Origin: Gonapodya sp. JEL0774
Taxonomy: Eukaryota
Reading direction: 5' to 3'
DNA: 20,000 nucleotides
NCBI GenBank assembly: GCA_027604505.1
Contig: JADIIX010000057.1
Location: 118,257 to 138,256 of the forward strand
Shown here in pieces: positions 10,630-17,994 of the stretch. Under the pieces are notes generated by a model. That model ran no database searches and was not told the DNA's origin. It saw only the letters and a program-made list of their open reading frames with translations. A program made the translations under genes and the position numbers. Positions within the stretch are counted from its first letter, which is position 1. Each line of letters starts with the position of its first letter.

Positions 10630-13600
10630 TCACCACACTCTCCCACTCTTCCCCCTTCCCTCTCCTGATCCCACTCCCACCGCTCTTCCTCCTGCCCCAC
10701 CAAGCCACGATGGTCTCCCGACGTCCTGCCCCTGCGCCTGGGCTTGTCCCATTCGAACACCACCTTTGCCAAAGTCCACTTCGGCGATGCCCAACACATC
10801 CCACGAACTCGAACCCACACTAGGACTTGTTTCCAAACTACTCCGCACAGGGACAGTTGCCCTCCTTCCAACAGAACCCCGGCTATCCCGATCCCAAGGA
10901 AGACGATGACCAATGTGTGTCCACCCCGTTGTTTCTCCCGCCGTCGTCGAGGAGTGCGGCGGCGGGTGGGCATTTGGGGACGCAGCCACGGTATGGGCGG
11001 GTGCTTGGGAAGATCGACGGGGGTTGCCGTGTGAGGGTTCATACTGGTCGTCTGGTGAACCCACCGGGAGCAGCGGTGCAGGCCAATTGGGTTCGCGATT
11101 ATCAGAAGTGCGCAAAACATCAAGGTCGGGCGAGAGGCGTGGAGGATTTCGGACCGCTGGGAGAGCCGAAGGGGCGGCGGGCGGTGGAAGTGTTGTTGGA
11201 GGATTTGCGAACGGGAAAGGGACGAGGGTGGGCGAAGGTGGAAACAGAGGAGTGCGATGCAAAGATCCGACTGCGGGAAAGTTGGATTGATTCGCAGAGG
11301 GGACAGGGGCCGCGACCTCTATCTCGGGAGTTCATTCAGTACTGCATCACCGCCTCATCGAGAACATTGATTGGAGTGCAACTCACCCCCATACTCCGGC
11401 GCATCCCTCACTGCCTGGTCCAGCTCTTCAATTAGACTCTCCAGTCCTGCATCACTTCTTGTCCTCCCAACGGACCCCACGACGCCGACCATGCCATGAC
11501 TGCTGTCCCCTGCAAAACCTGCATCGTTCGGCGTCACCCGCTTGGCACCTCCTCCAGCAAATGACCATCGCTTTCGATGTGTCATCGTAGTAAAAAAGGA
11601 AGTCGGAGGCGGCGGTGAGTGCGTGAGAGGGGATTCTGGTTCTATCTGGCGATGGGGTGACCCGATAAATCCCCCAATGGCGCCGCTACCTCCGCCCCCG
11701 CCACCACCACCACCTTTCCACGCACCAAATAGCGCGGCAAATCTTGTTCGATGCTGCGGTGCATGCTGATTCACAACACCGTTCTTCACGGACAGCGGCC
11801 TCGATGACACATCCTGCTGGATGTGTTGAGCACGATATGCATCCCCAGACACCCTCCGATCTTGCTCGTACTGCTGCTGATCCTGTCTCACCCCCTCCCC
11901 GACCAAACTCGCCCCATCCCACACGGGATCCCCTGCTTCATCACCGTCCCCGCCGCCCGTACACGAGTCAAAAAACCTCATGGCGTACAAGCTGTGATGT
12001 TTTGGTTTCGACTGTCTCGGTACTCCGAGAGTCGGCGGGGCGCTGATGGTAGATGAGGCGAGTGTGTCGGCTGTGGTGGACGAGAGGATGGAAAGCGCCG
12101 TGGATGGTGCTGGGACGGGTGCGGGTGCAGCCAAGGTGTGGGGATTCTGAAGAGCAGCCTGGTGGCTAAAGGATAAGGAAAACGGTGACGAGAAAGTGTG
12201 CGATTTTCCGGCATGTGCGGGGACGGATGGCTTGACGTCACCACCGGCGTCCATGTTTCGCTGCTGCTGCTGTTGCTGCTGCTGCCCGCTTCCGCTCAAC
12301 ATCGCCGGTGCCCTCACACTCCCAGCCTGGGTTTCCCTCTCGAGTTCCTCTTCGAGATCCCGTATCATATCATCGTCAACCCAATCTCCGTCCTTATCTT
12401 CTGCAGTCAACGTGTGCATAGCGGCTTTAGCGGCAGTGGGGAGATGGGGGTGGGATGGGGAGAGAACGGGTACGGGGAGGGGCGGCGCGGTCGAAGATTG
12501 CACGGTGGCGGAGAATACGGGAAGGGGCGGCCGAGGGAGGGGTGGTAAACTCGACGGGATGGGTACGTGGAGGGATGACACAGTAGCAGGTGTGCCCATG
12601 TCCACATCTTTGCTGCCCCCCGACGCAAACTTCGGGATCCCATCCTTTGCCACCGAAACTCCTTCGAACCATGGATGCTGCATCGCCCTGGCCGCCGTGA
12701 TCCGTTCGACTGGATCCCACCTCAAACACATAGCCACAAAGTGCATTCCGGTGGGACTGGTCCAGGGCGGTAAAAACTCCGAGAGCGCGCGCGGCGGGTA
12801 CTGAGGGAACCTGTATCCCATGGCTGACGCCAGTTTGTGTCCACTTGGCCACGCCCCACCGCCCAGAGGCACGCTGGGCACACGCGGATCGATGCGCTTA
12901 TCTCTCTCGCTCTCGGTCTTCTCCAAGGGTGTGCCCAGCCACGCGGCGATCCGGGCCATTTGGTCCATCTCCGAGCTTCCTGGAAACAACGGCCTGAGCG
13001 CGTACAGCTCGGCCACGATGCACCCTACGGCCCACATATCGACGGGGGAGGAGTATGCGGGGGACCGGAGAGAGACTTCGGGGGCGCGGTACCAGCGGGT
13101 CGAGACGTACTCGGTGTACGGGGGGCGAGAGCGGATTTCGCGGGCGAGGCCGAGATCGGCGAGCTTTACTAGGGGGTGTGTGCCGAGTAAGAGGAGGTTT
13201 TCTGGGGGATTATACGGGGGTGTGTGTAAGTGAGAGGCGCATCGATGATAAGAGATAACGCAGACCAATCTGGCAACCAACACGACCGAGCCGCTCCTCG
13301 TTTCTCTTCACATTACATGAAGCCATCCAGTTCCTCACATGGGAATTGTTTCCACTCCCTCCGTTCACCTTTTCTCCCAGCGACCTGTCAAACCAGTCCC
13401 ATTCCCACGCACACTTCCTTGCCCATACCACAGTCACACTCCTCCCCGTCTACCCAACTTGCCCATTCCGACTGATTTGTCACATACTCCAGGAGATTCC
13501 ACGAATTGAAGGGCTCCAGGGAAACTTGGACCTCGCGGGCCAGAAACATGACAAAACTCACCTGGTTTCATATCCCTGTGGAAGAACCCATACCGGTGCA

Positions 13601-14340
13601 TGTACGCGAGTCCGGCGCATATTTGGTAGCTGGATGAGGTGGGGTGGGTGGATGAATGAGTGTTTGTATAAGTGAAAGGGGTTCAGGCATCTGCGTTATG
13701 CTCTGGTACGTTCCGGGAACCCCGCGACAGAAGTTCGTAGCCGTCGATATTTCCGTGTGCGCAATGCAACCATCCTCCGTGGTATTCCCGTTGAGATCTT
13801 CAGAGCCTGTCCTGCCGACACCACCACGTTCTCCCGAGCTAGCATCCCTTCCTCATCTCCACCAGTTCGCACCAAGTCGTTCCTTAGAGGTTCTTCCCAT
13901 ATCCTCGCACCGCAACTTCACCCCCCTTTCTTGTTACTCACGCAATACTTCTGACCCTCTCCTCCCCCAAGTCCCTTCCCTCTCTCGCCTTCATGTACTG
14001 ATACAAGTTGCCCTCACAATACTCAAACACAAAGTGCAGCTCGTCGCGCTCCCTGACGACCTCTTTGAGTTTGACGACGTTTGGGTGGTCATTGAGCCGT
14101 TTGAGTGCCTTGACCTCGCGGAGCTCCACGCATTCATCCCAGGTCGGAAATTTCTTCTTCATTTTTTTAATTGCAACCTGCAGAGAGAGGAAGCGGTTTA
14201 CGAGGAGCGCGTCTGAGAAGGGATGCACAAGGAGAGGATGAGACAGCACGTACAGTTTCACCCGTCTCCGTGTTTGTAGCTCTGAGAACCCAGCCAAAAG
14301 AGCCATCCCCGAGCTGTTTATCTATGCGGTACTTTTGCAT
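10630..14340 (-). CDS. MAK/ICK(CILK1)/Ime2-family CMGC (RCK) kinase with a long low-complexity C-terminal tail, about 948 aa
   Basis: Minus-strand exons 14340-14254, 14177-13942, 13629-13562, 13201-11387 and 11270-10630 total 2847 nt in frame. Motifs: [82 protein letters not shown]. The last exon is less certain; without that splice the CDS would stop at 11355. Confidence 0.88.
12261..12284 (-). repeat. (CAG)n tract encoding Q8 in the MAK-family kinase tail
   Basis: Plus strand ctgctgctgctgttgctgctgctg; translates as QQQQQQQQ on the minus strand. Confidence 0.85.
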
Positions 14341-15098
14341 ATTGGAGCTCGCGACTGCGGGAACGAACAGAAGCCGCGAGTGTGGACGGGAACTCTGGAG
14401 GTTGCGAAGGAAAAGAACGGGTGGTGTCACCGCGTCTTTGGATCAAAGGCGTGGATTTAAATCGGATCGAGCAGGGAAGGAAACGCGATTGGGGTTAGGG
14501 GATTTCAAGTTGATGCGTCCAGGCTCGTGGACTTCACGGGGGCAGGATGAGAACCCCAGGTGGTCCGTGCACCGTTGTGCGCTCATCAACCCAGATATGC
14601 AGATGGTTCACACAAATGCAACAGCACGAACACAAAACAAAAAACAGCCCCTCGACGAGACTGAAACGAGAGGGCGAGAGGATGGGGAAAGGGGTCGGCC
14701 CGGGAGAGGAAGCCCAGCTCGCTGGTGCACGGGGCCCGTCCTAAGTCACACCCCGTCCAGGCCGTGTCAGCAGCGTCCCCATGATTCACGGAGGAGTCTG
14801 AGCATGACAATCTGCTATTACAAAGTGCGTGTTTTACGTATCGTGTGGTAGATTTTGCATGGTGCTGCCCATTCGCCGACGTTCGCAGCTGAAACATCGG
14901 CGTACATTTGTTAGTTCTTACTGCCCACGAATCTTAATTCCTGTGAACAGGTTGAGGTCAAACAATAGTAAACCGCTGTATTTCATATCCTTGTGGAGTC
15001 CATACCGTTGGCGTTTTGTTTGATGCATCTAACGAAAATTGTCATAAACCTTCATTCAAAATTCCATGTGACTAGAAATACATTTGCAAAGCTCATTA

Positions 15099-17400
15099 CT
15101 ACACCCTCCCACTGACAAACTCTCCCATTGCCTGCAATGCCCCAGAATCAAACCCAACGATATCCATCATTCCAGGATCCTCAGGGTCAGCGATTGTGAA
15201 CTTGGTCGCTGTCATCCCCACCACCACTAATTTCGCCTCTGGGTTGATTGCTTTCCGGTAACTCTCCAAAGCCTCGACCGGTTGGACACGCCCAGCATAC
15301 GTCTCGTTATCCGTGTACACCACGAACACATCCACGGGGATGTTCTTCTCAAGAGCGTAAACCATTGGCAGACTGCAATCAGTGGACCCGAAAGGCAAAC
15401 CAGAGATTGTCCTCTCTACCTCTTGCAGGGTGGCATTGCGCGTGATCTTCAAGGGCACGAACTGGTGGCAGAATCCGAAGAAGTGACAGTTCTCTTCGGT
15501 TCTGGCGGTCACCATGCTGAGCGCAGCCGAAGCCTCACGGCAGGACATGGGTGAATCCATGATCGGGGAAGTCATAGATCCCGACACATCCAAGGCAAGA
15601 AGGAACTTCTTGCCCGTTTGTTCGACGGCTTGAAAAGACAGATAGAACGCATCTTCAAGAGCAGCTAAAAGACGACCAAGAGACAGTTACTAAATAATTT
15701 CGGGCGAGATCGCAACAAATTCCATCAGAACTCACCGACCACGGTCTGATCTGGAGCCCACGTCAGCTCGCCCTTGAATCCACGTCCCCGTTGATACGTT
15801 CTCAGCGCGAGGAGTACGTTAAATGGGTGCATCTTTGCTTTCTTGAGTGCGTTGGCGTTCTTGAGACGTTTCACAATCGTGGCTGACGCTTCAGAGAGCG
15901 GGGCGATCAAGCCCACCGAGGTCATCTTTGCCAAGTTGCGCATCATGGCCGTCATGGGCATCTCCACGAGCAACGCCTCCCAAACAGCCCGACTGTTCAA
16001 AAGAGGGGACGGAACGTGTTCCCGAGCAAATTTCCACCTCTTGATTGCGTCCACAACCTTGGCTTCGGTGTCCTCAGTAATCTGCGCAATCGGCGTAATT
16101 TCTTCCAGGGCCGTTAGGAACTCGATGAGACGGGACATTGTCACTTTGCTGGCTACTTTGATGCGGTTCTCGGCAATCTTCGCCTGTTTCCGTTGTTGAA
16201 CAGTCTCCACCTCCCCGCCATTGTCTGCTGCGGGGGCGGCGTCCTCTTCTGGCCGTGCGACCACCACGAAGTCCTCCTCTACCGTCGTCACAGGATCCAA
16301 CACGAGCTTGGAGCGGAGGGCCTCAAAGTCTGGCGCGACCGACTTCCAGGGCTGCGTGAGATCTGAGAGACAATAAAATCATGTGTGAGACTGGGGTCTA
16401 TTCGCCTGTCGTGCAAAAGAGCCACAACTCACACTTGTACAAGAGAGCAGCTTCCTCGCATTTGGGCTTCACATGGAACACTCGCAGCACATCTGCGTGT
16501 TTCCAACCGTTCCTGTTCTTGTACTTGGTGCACGCAAAAGCCTGCCTCACGGCGGTCTCCCCGATGTCCTCTGCCACACCATTGTACCACTTGCCGATTG
16601 CCGATCGAAGACCCCGACCAGATTTGGGGTGCGTGGTGCCACCGAGAAGCTTGGTGTACTCGAGGAAAGCGAACAGTGTTGTCGGGATGCGACATATTTC
16701 CGCGAGGTGTTGGTAGACAAGAGTGCGGACAGCCTGATCTCCAAAAGTCAACGCGAGAGCCAAGGCGAAAGTGAGAGTATCTTGCTTGGGCGTGCGACCG
16801 TTCTGTGGGGCATTGATTATTCGACATTATTTGGAATCAGGGAAACGCAGGGCATGGGCGACTTGTCGCACAACTCACCACCGAGAATTCCAAAACTGTC
16901 TCCACCACCTCACGACCTTGGCCCTCTTCAATCATACCCTTGATGTGCATTGCATTTTCCAGTTTGAGCTCGCGCTCACGAACGTAGTAAGTTCCACCTG
17001 CAGCGCCGAGAACGAGGAAGCGGCGGAGCTGTTGAGAGTCTGCGACTAAGGAGAGAAGTGAGTGCTCCGATGTTTTTGTTTATTCAAAGAAACCTGGCTT
17101 ACCTTTGAACACCACTCCACCGGCGTTGTTGGTTACCATCAGATGTTCTTTCCCTGGAATAGGGAGCATTTGGCCAGTAGTTCCCTGCCCTCTCCTCGCC
17201 GCACCCCTTCCCCTTCCCCTTGCACTTCCTCGCGCTCTGCCCCCCCTGGCGGGTGCGGGAGCAGGCACTGGCTGCGGGGCAACCACTGCAGCGGCACGGG
17301 GTGGAGCAGCCACCGCACGGCCCCGGCCCCGAGCAACACCCCTCGGTGCCTGGCCACCACGAATGTCGGACGCGGCCTGAGCCCAAGAGCGGTTCTGCAT
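15099..17400 (-). CDS. RO60: Ro60 / TROVE2 RNA-binding protein (TROVE HEAT ring plus vWA domain), about 675 aa
   Basis: Minus-strand exons 17400-17103, 17045-16879, 16802-16433, 16362-15736 and 15664-15099 total 2028 nt. Motifs: VTNNAGGVVF, LRRFLVLGAAGGTYY, GRTPKQ, CRIPTTLF, GRGLRSAIGKWYN, KYKNRNGWKHADVLR, REHVP, VWEALLVEMPMTAMMRNLAKMT, HPFNVL, MIDAS LALDVSGSM, FGSTDCSLPM, YTDNET and TIADPEDPGMMDIVGFD. Confidence 0.95.
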
Positions 17401-17994
17401 TTTGAACTTGTGGGGTGTTTTGAAATTCGAGTGGGGTTGGGAAGTAAAACATGGTTTATAAAGGACATACTTGCCCCTCTTTCTTGCCCCTCGGCGGGCG
17501 AGGGCCACTCACCACAGGCCTGTTTGCCCTCAATTAATCAGCAGCCCACAGGATTGCTTGTGGTGAAGTGCATGAGACCATAGAAACTCATTGATTTTGA
17601 GGATGATTGTTTGCACTGGAAGAGGTGACTGGGTCAATTACGTCCATACAACCATGGAGCACGTTTGAGCCTCCCCCACGTAAGCGTTTGCTATTAATTT
17701 GTACATGATTCCCAGATTGAAACTAGTGTAACTAAGCACCGAAGAGCTGTCAATGTCTGCTAAGGATACAGGGCATGGGAATGGGAGGATGCGGACGGAG
17801 TACGAGGAATCCTTCGAACAACGGAGTGATTGAAACCATCAAAAAAAGTCGATTTCAATCGATTGATTTTGCAGCTGAGGAATGAATGGAAATACCGACG
17901 GAAAGTCGCCCGAAAATCGTCTCCGGCGTTCTTGCCAGTTCCACATGAGTCCACCACTCATCAGCACATGCACTTACCCAAACATTCACCAACC

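Noticed and set aside
10545..13475. Numerous overlapping or antisense ORFs (e.g. 10827..11435, 12196..12804, 12820..13233)
   Set aside because: They are shadow ORFs of GC-rich kinase exons with no recognisable domains, and most have non-ATG starts.
13793..13860. C/D-box-like segment (AUGAGGA...CUGA) on the minus strand inside a MAK intron
   Set aside because: The C box is imperfect, the terminal stem is weak and overlaps the box, and I recognise no rRNA-complementary guide.
14491..14501. GGGGTTAGGGG telomere-like word
   Set aside because: A single TTAGGG copy is expected by chance.
14559..14570. GGTGGTCCGTG resembles the Y RNA 5' end (GGCUGGUCCGA) and lies near Ro60
   Set aside because: There is no complementary UUGAC(U/C)A-type 3' arm or oligo-U terminator within about 150 nt. 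The nearest GTGACTAG is about 500 nt away.
14171..14851. 226-aa plus-strand ORF upstream of and antisense to the MAK kinase
   Set aside because: It starts at TTG, overlaps kinase exon 1 in antisense, and has no protein-like motif or clear splice structure.
4899..17400. Ap4A phosphorylase plus Ro60 as a bacterial-style RNA-repair/stress cluster
   Set aside because: The genes are about 9 kb apart on opposite strands with unrelated genes between them. Both have spliceosomal introns, and there is no RtcB, RtcA or PNPase in the window.
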